From positions 3,857-67,856 of IMG/VR virus record IMGVR_UViG_2799112568_000001: 64,000 nucleotides of DNA; one strand, given 5' to 3'. The translations under genes and the position numbers were made by a program. Within the stretch, counting starts at the first letter, position 1. Each line of letters begins with the position of its first letter. The notes beneath the pieces were generated by a model, which worked only from the letters and a program-made list of their open reading frames with translations, was not told the DNA's origin and ran no database searches. This document shows positions 36,403 through 46,553 of the stretch, in pieces. Origin of the DNA: a virus. Lineage: Duplodnaviria > Caudoviricetes.

Positions 36403-36430
36403 GAATCGGAAAACAAAAGATTCCGGGGAC

Positions 36431-36485
36431 GAGCCGAAAGGCTCTGTTCCTCGTTATGGACGGTCGCTTGAGGCGGCTATTTTTT
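36431..36485 (+). terminator. Hairpins plus T-tract closing the accessory block before terL
   Basis: GAGCC-GAAA-GGCTC and a second GC hairpin followed by TATTTTTT. Confidence 0.45.
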
Positions 36486-36509
36486 ATGCCTTTTTGGAGG
36501 TGATAAGAC

Positions 36510-38111
36510 TTGAGGCAACTGAAAAAATACAAACCGACGCAGTTCAAAGCAAAGGACTCTGTTTACAGCAAGGAACGCGCCGACTTCGCAGTGTCCTTCA
36601 TCGAATGCCTGTGTCACACAAAAGGTACGTGGGCCGGAAAGCCCTTCACCCTGATTGATTGGCAGGAGCAGATTATCCGAGACATCTTCGGAATCCTCAA
36701 GCCGAACGGATACCGGCAGTTCAACACCGCCTACATTGAGATCCCCAAGAAGATGGGCAAATCGGAGCTTGCGGCTGCGGTCGCGCTTCTGCTCACATGC
36801 GGCGACGGTGAGGAACGGGCTGAGGTTTACGGCTGCGCTGCAGACCGACAGCAGGCTTCCATTGTTTTTGAGGTCGCTGCGGACATGGTCCGTATGTGTC
36901 CAGCGCTGAACCGGCGAGTAAAGATTCTGACGGCAACAAAACGAATTGTCTACACGCCTACGAACAGCTTCTATCAGGTGCTTTCAGCCGAGGCATATTC
37001 CAAGCATGGCTTTAACATCCACGGCGTGGTATTCGACGAGCTGCACACCCAGCCGAACCGGAAGCTCTTTGATGTTATGACCAAGGGGTCCGGCGATGCT
37101 CGAATGCAGCCGCTGTACTTCTTGATTACGACTGCCGGAACGGATACCAAGTCCATCTGCTACGAAACACATCAGAAAGCAAAGGACATTCTGGAAGGCC
37201 GGAAGATCGATCCGACATTCTATCCGGTGATCTATGGTGCGGATGAAAATGACGACTGGACTGACCCAAAGGTCTGGAAGAAGGCAAACCCCTCTCTCGG
37301 CATAACGGTCGGTATCGATAAGGTCCGGGCCGCCTGCGAATCGGCAAAGCAGAATCCCGCCGAGGAGAACTCCTTCCGACAGCTCAGGCTCAATCAGTGG
37401 GTCAAGCAAGCTGTGCGCTGGATGCCTATGGAGAAATGGGACCGATGCGCATTTGCCGTGAATGAGGAAGATCTGGAAGGCCGCGTCTGCTACGGCGGCT
37501 TGGACCTTTCAAGCACAACGGATATCACAGCATTCGTGCTGGTGTTTCCTCCGCTGGATGAAGACGACAAGTTCGTGATCCTGCCGTACTTCTGGATACC
37601 AGAGGACAACATGCTCCAACGGGTCAATCGAGACCACGTTCCTTATGATGTGTGGGAGCGTCAAGGCTTCCTGCAAACGACCGAAGGCAATGTCGTTCAC
37701 TACGGCTATATCGAGAGGTTCATCGAAAACCTCGGAGAGCGCTTCAACATCCGCGAGATCGCCTTTGACCGCTGGGGAGCCGTGCAGATGGTACAGAACC
37801 TTGAGGGTATGGGCTTTACCGTTGTTCCTTTCGGTCAGGGCTTTAAGGATATGTCCCCACCGACGAAGGAGCTCATGAAACTCACGCTTGAGGAGCGTGT
37901 CGCCCACGGAGGCCATCCCGTCCTCCGCTGGATGATGGATAACATTTACGTGCGGACGGACCCTGCCGGGAATATCAAGCCCGACAAGGAAAAGTCCACA
38001 GAGAAGATAGACGGCGCTGTGGCAACAGTCATGGCGCTGGACCGCGCAATCAGGTGCGGCAACGATATGACCGAGAGTGTCTACGATACACGCGGTCTTT
38101 TATTTTTATGA
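36510..38111 (+). CDS. terL: Terminase large subunit
   Basis: IPKKMGKSEL (Walker A), VVFDELH, ITTAG, GGLDLSSTTD, KIDGAVA. Confidence 0.95.
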   Translation: MRQLKKYKPTQFKAKDSVYSKERADFAVSFIECLCHTKGTWAGKPFTLIDWQEQIIRDIFGILKPNGYRQFNTAYIEIPKKMGKSELAAAVALLLTCGDGEERAEVYGCAADRQQASIVFEVAADMVRMCPALNRRVKILTATKRIVYTPTNSFYQVLSAEAYSKHGFNIHGVVFDELHTQPNRKLFDVMTKGSGDARMQPLYFLITTAGTDTKSICYETHQKAKDILEGRKIDPTFYPVIYGADENDDWTDPKVWKKANPSLGITVGIDKVRAACESAKQNPAEENSFRQLRLNQWVKQAVRWMPMEKWDRCAFAVNEEDLEGRVCYGGLDLSSTTDITAFVLVFPPLDEDDKFVILPYFWIPEDNMLQRVNRDHVPYDVWERQGFLQTTEGNVVHYGYIERFIENLGERFNIREIAFDRWGAVQMVQNLEGMGFTVVPFGQGFKDMSPPTKELMKLTLEERVAHGGHPVLRWMMDNIYVRTDPAGNIKPDKEKSTEKIDGAVATVMALDRAIRCGNDMTESVYDTRGLLFL

Positions 38112-38128
38112 AAGGATGGTGATGAGAT

Positions 38129-39490
38129 ATGGGTATTTTCAGTGGCTTGTTCAAATCCAGAGATAAGCCCAAGGACAGCACAGCTGGTTCCAGATACACC
38201 TTCTACATGGGCGGCACCACCTCCGGAAAAGCGGTCACGGAACGCAGCGCCATGCAGATGACAGCGGTTTACTCCTGCGTTCGTATTCTGGCTGAGGCAA
38301 TTGCTGGACTCCCACTTCACGTTTACCGATACAAGGAAGATGGCGGCAAGGAAAAAGCCATCGACCATTCGCTTTACCTGCTGCTGCACGATGAGCCGAA
38401 TCCAGAGATGAGCTCGTTTGTGTTCAGAGAAACCCTGATGACACACCTTCTCCTCTGGGGTAACGCCTACGCGCAGATTATCCGCAATGGCAAGGACGAA
38501 GTTGTGGCTCTATATCCTCTGATGCCAAACAAGATGTCCGTAGATCGTAATGAAGCTGGGCAGCTGTATTACCAGTATCTTCGCAGCGTAGATGAAGCCG
38601 GTGGCAAGAACGAAACCGTAATCCTCCAGCCGAGAGATGTGCTCCACATTCCCGGCCTCGGCTTTGATGGCCTTGTGGGATACAGCCCGATTGCGATGGC
38701 GAAAAACGCTATCGGTCTTGCGATTGCTACGGAGGAATACGGAGCTAAGTTCTTTGCGAACGGCGCTGCGCCTTCCGGTGTTCTGGAGCATCCGGGGACG
38801 ATTAAAGACCCGCAGCGCGTCAGAGAGGCTTGGCAGAGCCAGTTCGGAGGCTCACAAAACAGCGGAAAGATCGCTGTGCTGGAAGAAGGCATGAAATACA
38901 CGCCCATATCCATTTCTCCGGAACAGGCGCAGTTCCTCGAAACGCGAAAATTTCAAATCAATGAGATAGCTCGAATTTTCAGAGTCCCACCTCACATGGT
39001 CGGCGACCTTGAGAAGTCGAGCTTTTCAAATATTGAGCAGCAATCCCTTGAGTTTGTGAAGTACACGCTGGACCCGTGGGTGATCCGCTGGGAACAGTCC
39101 ATGCAGAGACGGCTCCTATCTACCGACGAGAAAAACACGTATTTCGTAAAGTTCAATTTGGAAGGCTTGCTCCGTGGAGATTACCAAAGCCGCATGAACG
39201 GTTATGCCACAGCAAGGCAGAACGGTTGGATGAGCGCAAACGATATCCGTGAGCTTGAAAACCTCGACCGTATCCCTACCGAGGCCGGTGGTGATCTCTA
39301 CCTTATCAACGGCAATATGCTCCCGCTGCAACAGGCCGGAGCCTTTGCAAATACACAGAACGATGACGGAAAGGAGGAAAACACCGATGAAGAAGTTCTG
39401 GAAGTGGAAGAATCAGGCACAGACGGAGACGGCTCCGGCTCAGAGGACGCTGTATCTAAACGGAACAATCGCAGAGGAAAGCTGGTTTGA
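38129..39490 (+). CDS. HK97-family portal protein
   Basis: AVYSCVRILAEAIAGLPL, LLLWGNAY, GYSPI, IARIFRVPPH, LLRGD. Confidence 0.95.
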   Translation: MGIFSGLFKSRDKPKDSTAGSRYTFYMGGTTSGKAVTERSAMQMTAVYSCVRILAEAIAGLPLHVYRYKEDGGKEKAIDHSLYLLLHDEPNPEMSSFVFRETLMTHLLLWGNAYAQIIRNGKDEVVALYPLMPNKMSVDRNEAGQLYYQYLRSVDEAGGKNETVILQPRDVLHIPGLGFDGLVGYSPIAMAKNAIGLAIATEEYGAKFFANGAAPSGVLEHPGTIKDPQRVREAWQSQFGGSQNSGKIAVLEEGMKYTPISISPEQAQFLETRKFQINEIARIFRVPPHMVGDLEKSSFSNIEQQSLEFVKYTLDPWVIRWEQSMQRRLLSTDEKNTYFVKFNLEGLLRGDYQSRMNGYATARQNGWMSANDIRELENLDRIPTEAGGDLYLINGNMLPLQQAGAFANTQNDDGKEENTDEEVLEVEESGTDGDGSGSEDAVSKRNNRRGKLV

Positions 39491-40133
39491 CGATGACGTC
39501 ACTCCTCAGCTGTTCAAGGAGGAGCTCATGAGCGGCTCTGGCGACATTACCGTTTGGATCAATTCTCCCGGTGGTGACTGCGTGGCCGCAGCGCAGATTT
39601 ACAACATGCTGATCGATTATGAGGGCAACGTGACAGTCAAGATTGACGGCATCGCTGCGTCGGCTGCATCCGTCATTGCGATGGCTGGCACCAAGGTCCT
39701 TATGTCCCCGGTCTCAATGCTCATGATTCACAACCCGATGACCATCGCTATGGGCGACAGGGCCGAGATGGAAAAAGCCATCGAGATGCTGTCCGAAGTC
39801 AAGGAAAGCATCATGAACGCTTATGAAATCAAGTCCGGGCTCTCCCGTGCGAAGATCTCTCATCTGATGGATGCCGAAACGTGGATGAATGCGAACAAGG
39901 CAAAAGAGCTCGGCTTTATTGACGAGATTCTCTCCCGCGAGGACCGCTCCGAAGATGAGGAACAGCCTGCCGCCTCAATGATGTACTCAGAGGCAACCGC
40001 AGTGAATTCCCTGATGGGAAAGATTGCGGAGAAGTGCAGGATCAATGCAAAGCCGGTTCAGCCGGAAAGTCCGAAGGGCCGCTCTGTGACACAGCTCAAA
40101 GAGCAGCTCAATACCATCAAAAAATTCATTTAA
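39387..40133 (+). CDS. ClpP-type prohead maturation protease
   Basis: INSPGGD, GIAASAAS, LMIHNP, AETWM; RBS AAGGAGG inside the portal 3' end. Confidence 0.93.
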   Translation: MKKFWKWKNQAQTETAPAQRTLYLNGTIAEESWFDDDVTPQLFKEELMSGSGDITVWINSPGGDCVAAAQIYNMLIDYEGNVTVKIDGIAASAASVIAMAGTKVLMSPVSMLMIHNPMTIAMGDRAEMEKAIEMLSEVKESIMNAYEIKSGLSRAKISHLMDAETWMNANKAKELGFIDEILSREDRSEDEEQPAASMMYSEATAVNSLMGKIAEKCRINAKPVQPESPKGRSVTQLKEQLNTIKKFI

Positions 40134-40147
40134 TGGAGGTAAACAAA

Positions 40148-41347
40148 ATGACTATTACTGAGATGCGCAACAAGCGCAACAGACTCGTGGAAACTATGGA
40201 TGGTTTCCTTGACACCCACAAGGGCGAACACGGTGCCCTTTCCGCAGCAGACGACGCCACCTACAAGGAGATGGAGGCCGAGTTTGCTTCCCTTACCAAT
40301 GAAATCCAGCGCATGGAGCGCCGTGAGGACATTGAAGCCGAACTCAAGAGACCTGTCAGCAAGCCCATCATCGAAAAGCCGATGACCGCCGACAGCGACA
40401 AGCCCAAGAAGACCGGTCGCGCTTCTGCCGAGTATAAGAATGCGCTGCTTCAGGCCATGAGAACGAACTTCCGTCAGATCAGCAACGTGCTGCAGGAAGG
40501 CGTCGACGCCAACGGCGGCTATCTGGTACCCGATGAGTACGACTCCCGTCTTATCGATATCCTGAACGAGGAGAATGTCATGCGTTCCCTCGGTACCCGC
40601 ATCACCACCAGCGGCGAGCACAAGATCAACATTGCGGCCACCAAGCCTGCGGCAGCGTGGATCGAGGAAGGCGGCACTCTCACTTTCGGTGAGGCGACCT
40701 TCGACCAGATCATTCTGGACGCGCACAAGCTCCATGTTGCGATCAAGGTGACCGAGGAGCTGCTTTACGACAACGCCTTCAATCTTGAGAACTACATCAT
40801 CACGCAGTTCGGCAAGGCCCTGTCCAATGCCGAGGAAGATGCCTTCATCAACGGTACCGGCGTCGGCCAGCCTCTCGGTATCCTCGCGGCTACCGGTGGC
40901 GCACAGGTCGGTGTGACCACGGCTTCTTCCACTAAGGTCACCGCTGACGAGATCATCAACCTTGTGTACTCCCTGAAGCGTCCTTATCGCAAGAACGCGG
41001 TATTCCTCGCCAACGACGTCTGCGTCGCCGAGCTCCGCAAGCTCAAGGACAACAACGGCCAGTACCTCTGGCAGCCTTCTCTGCAGGCCGGTGAGCCGGA
41101 TCGCGTTCTGGGCTACAAGGTCTACACCTCTCCGTACTTCCCGGTTCCTACGGCTGGTGGCACTGCTGTCGCCTTCGGTGATTTCAGCTACTACAACATC
41201 GGCGACCGTGGCACCCGCTCTATCGCCGAGCTCAAGGAGCTCTTTGCCGGTAACGGCATGGTCGGCTTTGTCGCCAAGGAGCGTGTCGATGGCAAGCTGG
41301 TTCTTCCTGAAGCCATCAAACTGCTCCAGATGAAGTCCGGATCTTAA
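40148..41347 (+). CDS. HK97-fold major capsid protein
   Basis: Coiled-coil delta domain, GGYLVPDE, AAWIEEG, EEDAFINGTG, GDFSYY. Confidence 0.95.
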   Translation: MTITEMRNKRNRLVETMDGFLDTHKGEHGALSAADDATYKEMEAEFASLTNEIQRMERREDIEAELKRPVSKPIIEKPMTADSDKPKKTGRASAEYKNALLQAMRTNFRQISNVLQEGVDANGGYLVPDEYDSRLIDILNEENVMRSLGTRITTSGEHKINIAATKPAAAWIEEGGTLTFGEATFDQIILDAHKLHVAIKVTEELLYDNAFNLENYIITQFGKALSNAEEDAFINGTGVGQPLGILAATGGAQVGVTTASSTKVTADEIINLVYSLKRPYRKNAVFLANDVCVAELRKLKDNNGQYLWQPSLQAGEPDRVLGYKVYTSPYFPVPTAGGTAVAFGDFSYYNIGDRGTRSIAELKELFAGNGMVGFVAKERVDGKLVLPEAIKLLQMKSGS

Positions 41348-41362
41348 CGAAAGGAGGCAGCG

Positions 41363-41677
41363 GTGATGGCGACTCTTCTTGAGAAAGTCAAACAGAATCT
41401 GATCCTCAACCATTCGGCAGATGATGAGCTTATCGAGAGATATATCACCGCTGCCATTTCTTATGCGGAAAGCTATCAGCACATTCCAGCGGGCACCTAC
41501 TCCCAAAACGAGATGCCCGCTACTACGGAGCAGGCCATTATCATGCTGGCGAGTCATTTCTACGAATCCAGAGATGGATCAACCGGTGGTTTCTTTGCGG
41601 ACAATACGAATGCGGCGCAGCAGGTGTGGAACACAGTCAATCTGCTGCTTCGGCTTGACCGAGACTGGAAGGTGTGA
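41363..41677 (+). CDS. Head-tail connector (gp6-like)
   Basis: LLEKVKQNL...DDELIERYITAA..YAESY; position after the capsid gene. Confidence 0.85.
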   Translation: MMATLLEKVKQNLILNHSADDELIERYITAAISYAESYQHIPAGTYSQNEMPATTEQAIIMLASHFYESRDGSTGGFFADNTNAAQQVWNTVNLLLRLDRDWKV

Positions 41678-41678
41678 C

Positions 41679-42014
41679 ATGAGCTACGGAAAAATGAATC
41701 GTCCTGCACAGATCACAGAAGTGCGGAACGTGAAAGACAGCGAGGGCTTTTCTTCAAAGCAAGATGTGGTCCTCGCTGAAATTCGCGTATGTCGGGAAGG
41801 TCGGCACGGCTCCGAGCGCTGGGCAAATCTGGCGGCATTCTCGGAGGCTACCGACCTGTTCCGGTTCCGAATGATACCGGGCCTAACAATCACAACGGCC
41901 CATTTTATCGTCTGTGATGGCGAGCGCTTCAACATCACCTCGGTTGAAGACATGAAAGGACGCGGTATGTACACAGAGGTGCTTGCAAAGAAGGTGGTGA
42001 CGAGCATTGGCTAA
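41679..42014 (+). CDS. Head closure / head-tail adaptor protein
   Basis: Gene order; FRFRMIPG...RFNITSVED beta-barrel pattern. Confidence 0.8.
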   Translation: MSYGKMNRPAQITEVRNVKDSEGFSSKQDVVLAEIRVCREGRHGSERWANLAAFSEATDLFRFRMIPGLTITTAHFIVCDGERFNITSVEDMKGRGMYTEVLAKKVVTSIG

Positions 42015-42438
42015 GGTTGATATCAAGTTACCGGATGACTTTCTGAACAAAGTCCAGAACCTTGGCAGTCAGGAAGACGGCATTGCCGAGCGGGTCCTGC
42101 AGGCTGGTGCTGACGTTGTCCTGTCGAAGGTTAAGAGCAATCTCTCCGGCGCAGTAGGACGAGGAACAAAATACCCATCGCGTTCGACCGGTGAACTGGA
42201 AGGCGCTCTCGGTGCCTCATCCGTAAAGGTGGATCGGCAAGGGAACCACAACATCAAGATCGGTTTTGCCGAACCTCGTTCCGACGGAGACAGCAACGCA
42301 AAAATCGCCAATATTCTGGAATACGGAAAGCACGGTCAACCTGCAAAACCCTTCTTGAAACCCGCAAAATCGTCTACCCGATCCGAGTGCATTTCTGCGA
42401 TGCAACAGAAGTTTGAAGAGGAGGTCAGAAATATATGA
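42007..42438 (+). CDS. HK97 gp10-like neck protein
   Basis: RSTGEL, ILEYG, PAKPFLKPA. Confidence 0.85.
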   Translation: MAKVDIKLPDDFLNKVQNLGSQEDGIAERVLQAGADVVLSKVKSNLSGAVGRGTKYPSRSTGELEGALGASSVKVDRQGNHNIKIGFAEPRSDGDSNAKIANILEYGKHGQPAKPFLKPAKSSTRSECISAMQQKFEEEVRNI

Positions 42439-42776
42439 GCCTTCTTGAAGATATACAGGAAGTCCTGTCCGAACTCAACATCCCGATTGAGACCGGCGTT
42501 TTCTCAGATGAAGCACCGGACCAGTACATCGTTGTGGTACCGCTTGCAGACACCTTTGATTTGCATGCGGATAACTCTCCGGGTGTTGATGTTCAAGAGG
42601 CGCGACTTTCTCTTTTTTCAAAAGGCAGCTATACAGCTGCGAAAAACAGACTTGTCCGTTTACTGCTGCGGGAAGATTTCACGATCACCGACCGCAGATA
42701 TAACGGCTATGAAACCGATACGGGCTACCACCACTATGTGGTCGACGTGGCCCAATACTATGAAATGGAGGTATAA
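42435..42776 (+). CDS. Tail terminator-like protein
   Basis: Gene order; APDQYIV, YETDTGYHHY. Confidence 0.7.
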   Translation: MSLLEDIQEVLSELNIPIETGVFSDEAPDQYIVVVPLADTFDLHADNSPGVDVQEARLSLFSKGSYTAAKNRLVRLLLREDFTITDRRYNGYETDTGYHHYVVDVAQYYEMEV

Positions 42777-42779
42777 CCT

Positions 42780-43409
42780 ATGGCTACAATCGGTCTTGAT
42801 AAACTGTACTACTCCAAAATCACTGAGGACGATGCCGGGAATGAGACCTACGGTGTTCCGAGCGTCCTTGCGAAGGCTATGACGGCGGATCTTTCCGTGG
42901 AGCTCAACGAAGCGACTCTGTACGCTGACGACGGCGCTGCTGAAGTGGTGAAAGAATTCAAATCCGGTACGCTTTCCCTCGGCATTGATGATATCGGCGC
43001 TCCCGTGGCAAGCGACCTCACCGGTTCCACCATCGATACGAACGGCGTCATTATCTCTGCTTCCGAGGATGGCGGCGATCCTGTCGCTGTCGGATTCCGC
43101 GCAAAGAAGTCCAACGGCAAATACAGGTATTACTGGCTGTATCGCGTGAAGTTCGGTATCCCAGCCACCAACCTCGCTACCAAGGGCGACAGCATTACCT
43201 TCTCCACTCCTACCATCGAAGGCACGATCATGCGCCGGAACAGAGTCGATGATTTTGGTAAGCACCCGTGGAAAGCGGAAGTCACCGAGGGTACTGAGGA
43301 TGTGGAACAGAGCGTCATCGACGGCTGGTACGAGGAAGTCTACGAGCCCGCTGCCCCTGAACAGGTAAAGATCAATCTGCCCCGTCCGTCCGATAGCGAA
43401 CTGATGTAA
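42780..43409 (+). CDS. Major tail (tube) protein, phi13 type
   Basis: IGLDKLYY, LYADDG, VAVGFRAKKSNGKYRYYWLYRVKF. Confidence 0.9.
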   Translation: MATIGLDKLYYSKITEDDAGNETYGVPSVLAKAMTADLSVELNEATLYADDGAAEVVKEFKSGTLSLGIDDIGAPVASDLTGSTIDTNGVIISASEDGGDPVAVGFRAKKSNGKYRYYWLYRVKFGIPATNLATKGDSITFSTPTIEGTIMRRNRVDDFGKHPWKAEVTEGTEDVEQSVIDGWYEEVYEPAAPEQVKINLPRPSDSELM

Positions 43410-43419
43410 GGAGGGCCGC

Positions 43420-43806
43420 ATGATGGATAACGAACGCGCTACTGTAATCGCCGTCGGCGGCGAAGAATACGAGCTGCTTCTGACCACCAAAGCCACCAAG
43501 GAAATCGCCGGACGCTACGGCGGTCTGGAGAACCTCGGCGACAAGCTGATGAAGAACGAGAACTTTGAAATGGCCATCGGCGAGATCGTGTGGCTAATCA
43601 CGCTTCTGGCCAATCAGAGCATTCTCATTTACAACATCAAACACAAGGATAAGCCGAAGCCGGTACTGACCGAGGATGAGGTTGAGCTTCTCACCACTCC
43701 TTATGATCTGGCCGGTTACAAGGCGGCTATCACACAGGCTCTCTACAAAGGCACCAAGCGAAATGTGGAAAGTGAGCCAGACTCAAAAAACGCGGAAGTC
43801 GGGTAA
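43420..43806 (+). CDS. Tail assembly chaperone (G-like)
   Basis: Between tail tube and tape measure genes; ends with slippery heptamer A AAA AAC (43785-43791). Confidence 0.85.
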   Translation: MMDNERATVIAVGGEEYELLLTTKATKEIAGRYGGLENLGDKLMKNENFEMAIGEIVWLITLLANQSILIYNIKHKDKPKPVLTEDEVELLTTPYDLAGYKAAITQALYKGTKRNVESEPDSKNAEVG

Positions 43807-43994
43807 GTGACGAGGAGTTATTTACCCGACTTTTATACTACGGCATCTGCCACCTCCATCTGTCAATGGATGAAGTGTGGCTGATGCCGTTCGGTCTATT
43901 ACTGGACCTGTGGGAATGCCATAAGCAATACACGGGAAATGCGGTCCCGAAACGGGAACACTTCATCGACGACATTATCCCGGACGGAATCTGA
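43791..43994 (+). CDS. -1 frameshift extension of the tail chaperone (GT-like)
   Basis: Not in the track. The -1 frame is open from the slippery site: RGSRVSDEELFTRLLYYGICHLHLSMDEVWLMPFGLLLDLWECHKQY...IIPDGI*. Confidence 0.75.
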   Translation, partial: RGSRVSDEELFTRLLYYGICHLHLSMDEVWLMPFGLLLDLWECHKQYTGNAVPKREHFIDDIIPDGI

Positions 43995-44012
43995 AGAAAG
44001 GAGGCGGCATAA

Positions 44013-46553
44013 ATGGCAGATAATTTTGGATTAAAAATCGGTCTTGAGGGCGAGAAGGAATTCAAAAAGGCTCTATCCGACATCAACTCCTCCTTTAAGG
44101 TTCTCGGCTCGGAAATGAAGCTGGTGTCCTCTCAGTTCGATAAGAACGACAAATCCGTGCAGGCGCTTTCTGCTCGGAACACGGTTCTGAACAAAGAAAT
44201 CGAAGCACAGAAACAGAAAATCGAAACGTTGCGTTCAGCTCTTGAGAATGCCGCATCCTCCTTCGGCGAAACCGACAAGCGCACACAGAACTGGCAGATT
44301 CAGCTGAATAATGCGGAGGCTGCGCTTAACGACATGGAGCGTGAGCTCAGCGACAACAACAAGGCTCTGGATGAAGCAGAAAACGGCTTTGATGACGCTG
44401 GCAAAGAAGCAGACGACTTCGGTGAAGAGGTCGAGGATGCCGGTAAGCAGAGCGATGACGCTGGCAGCAAGTTCTCCAAACTCGGTGATGTAGCAAAGAA
44501 AGTCGGCAAGGCGATGGCCGCTGCGGTGGCCGCCATTGGCGCTGCGGCAGTTGCTGCTGGAAAGCAGCTCTGGGATATGGCAAATCAGACTGCGGCAGTC
44601 GGTGACGAAATCGAAAAGAACAGTCAGAAAGTCGGCCTGTCCTATGAGAGCTACCAGAAATGGGACTATGCCATGCAACTGGCTGGCACTTCAATGTCCA
44701 GCTGCACTACCGGCCTGAAGACGCTGACAAACACCTTTGATGACGCTCAAAACGGCAGTGCCGGAGCCATCGAGAAGTTTGAGCGCCTCGGCCTTTCGTT
44801 CGACGACCTCAAAGGCAAAAGTCGTGAGGAGGTCTTTGCGGCAACGGTCTCGGCCTTGCAGAACGTGACAGACGAAACAGAAAAAGCTGCCCTCGCCAAC
44901 GATATGTTCGGCAAGAGCGGTCAGGATCTGCTTCCTCTTCTCAACCAGTCTACAGACGCCACACAAGCGCTTCTCGATGAAGCTGAGAAGTATGGCATGG
45001 TAATGAGCGATGATGCGGTGAAAGCAAGTGCCGCGTTTCAGGACAGCCTCTCCAAATTGAAAGGCACGATGGGCGGTCTAAAAAACAGCATCGTCGGCGA
45101 CCTGCTTCCGGGTATCACCATGATTATGGATGGTCTATCCGACCTTGTGGCCGGAAACGAGGAGGCCGGTGAAGAGATCAAAAACGGAGTCGAAAGCGTG
45201 ATCACGTCCATCTCCGAAATGATCCCGCAGGTCATTGAGCTTCTGTCCTTGATCATTGCGGCTGTTCTGGAAAGCGCTCCGCAGATCATCCAAGCACTCG
45301 CGCAGGGCATCTTGGAGACAATACCCACTCTGATCCCCGTGGTCATGGAAGTAATCGCCCAGCTTGTGACGACGCTTCTGGAGCTCCTCCCGCAGCTCAT
45401 TGATGCCGGTATGCAGGTCATTGCCTCGCTGATCATCGGAATCGCGGAAGCTCTGCCCACCTTGATTCCGCAGATGGTCGAGGTGGTTATGCAGATGGTG
45501 CAGACGCTCGTCGACAACCTGCCGCTTCTCCTTGATGCAGCGCTTCAGCTTATTACGGGCTTTACGCAGGGTATCCTTGACGCCATCCCTGTCATCATCG
45601 CGGCGCTTCCGGAGGTAATTGACTCCATTATCACCTTCATTCTGGATGCCATCCCGCAGATCATCGAAACCGGCATACAGCTGTTGACTTCGCTGGTTGA
45701 GGCACTCCCGGAGATCATCGCAACCATCGTGGAGGCGATCCCAAAAATCATCAACAACATCATCACTGCCGTGCTGAACGCAATCCCGCAGATTATTCAG
45801 GCTGGTATTCAACTCCTGATTTCTCTGGTGCAGGCGCTTCCGCAGATTATTACAACAATCGTGGCCGCCATTCCTGAGATCATCTCCGGCATTGTCGATG
45901 CGGTTATAAACAACATCCCGCAAATCATCATGGCCGGTGTGGAACTCTTTGTTTCCCTCATCGAGAACCTTCCGACTATCATTGTGGAGATCGTGAAGGC
46001 CGTGCCTCAGATCGTCGAGGGCATTGTGAAAGCATTCGGCTCCCTGATGGGCAAGATCGTGGAGATTGGCGGCAATATCGTCAAGGGCCTCTGGGAAGGT
46101 ATCACGCAGCTTGCAAGCTGGCTGTGGGACAAGGTCTCCGGCTGGATTTCTTCTATCTGGAACGGAATCCTTGACTTCTTTGGCATCCACTCTCCGTCGA
46201 AGGAGATGGCGTGGGTCGGCCAGATGCTTGTGAAAGGTCTGTCCGGCTCCATCGAGGACAACGGCGATGAGGCAGTAAAGGCTGCTGAAGCCATGAGCGA
46301 AGACATAGACGACGTGATGCAGGACCTTGCCAAGGATATGAACACCGCGCTGCCTACCGACTTCAATGTTGGCAGCAGCATTGGCAGTTCCATTGCGTCT
46401 GCAGCGGACGGTATCCTTTCAAGCGGCTTCCAGCTTGTCCTGAACATCACGAACTTCAACAACTATTCAAGCGAGGACATTGAGCAGCTGACCAACGAGG
46501 TCATGGTAACCGCCGGTCAGTTTGCCAAGCGGAAAGGAGTGGTATTTGCATGA
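44013..46553 (+). CDS. Tape measure protein
   Basis: 846 aa helical protein with ~11-residue I/L-P repeats and a Trp-rich C-terminal region. Confidence 0.93.
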   Translation: MADNFGLKIGLEGEKEFKKALSDINSSFKVLGSEMKLVSSQFDKNDKSVQALSARNTVLNKEIEAQKQKIETLRSALENAASSFGETDKRTQNWQIQLNNAEAALNDMERELSDNNKALDEAENGFDDAGKEADDFGEEVEDAGKQSDDAGSKFSKLGDVAKKVGKAMAAAVAAIGAAAVAAGKQLWDMANQTAAVGDEIEKNSQKVGLSYESYQKWDYAMQLAGTSMSSCTTGLKTLTNTFDDAQNGSAGAIEKFERLGLSFDDLKGKSREEVFAATVSALQNVTDETEKAALANDMFGKSGQDLLPLLNQSTDATQALLDEAEKYGMVMSDDAVKASAAFQDSLSKLKGTMGGLKNSIVGDLLPGITMIMDGLSDLVAGNEEAGEEIKNGVESVITSISEMIPQVIELLSLIIAAVLESAPQIIQALAQGILETIPTLIPVVMEVIAQLVTTLLELLPQLIDAGMQVIASLIIGIAEALPTLIPQMVEVVMQMVQTLVDNLPLLLDAALQLITGFTQGILDAIPVIIAALPEVIDSIITFILDAIPQIIETGIQLLTSLVEALPEIIATIVEAIPKIINNIITAVLNAIPQIIQAGIQLLISLVQALPQIITTIVAAIPEIISGIVDAVINNIPQIIMAGVELFVSLIENLPTIIVEIVKAVPQIVEGIVKAFGSLMGKIVEIGGNIVKGLWEGITQLASWLWDKVSGWISSIWNGILDFFGIHSPSKEMAWVGQMLVKGLSGSIEDNGDEAVKAAEAMSEDIDDVMQDLAKDMNTALPTDFNVGSSIGSSIASAADGILSSGFQLVLNITNFNNYSSEDIEQLTNEVMVTAGQFAKRKGVVFA

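Noticed and set aside
39387-39490. 104-nt overlap of portal and protease genes
   Set aside because: The portal tail is low-complexity read-through past the protease start, which is common in this gene pair and probably not functional.
40130-41557. Long antisense ORFs (also 22077-22709, 27790-28830, 33221-34225, 42660-43499, 45135-46190, 54555-56423, 62299-63513)
   Set aside because: They mirror well-supported sense genes, have no motifs or RBS, and are expected from the codon bias of GC-rich genes.
45200-46100. Periodic sequence resembling an array
   Set aside because: It is the 11-residue amphipathic repeat of the tape measure protein; there is no repeat-spacer structure and no CRISPR array anywhere in the window.
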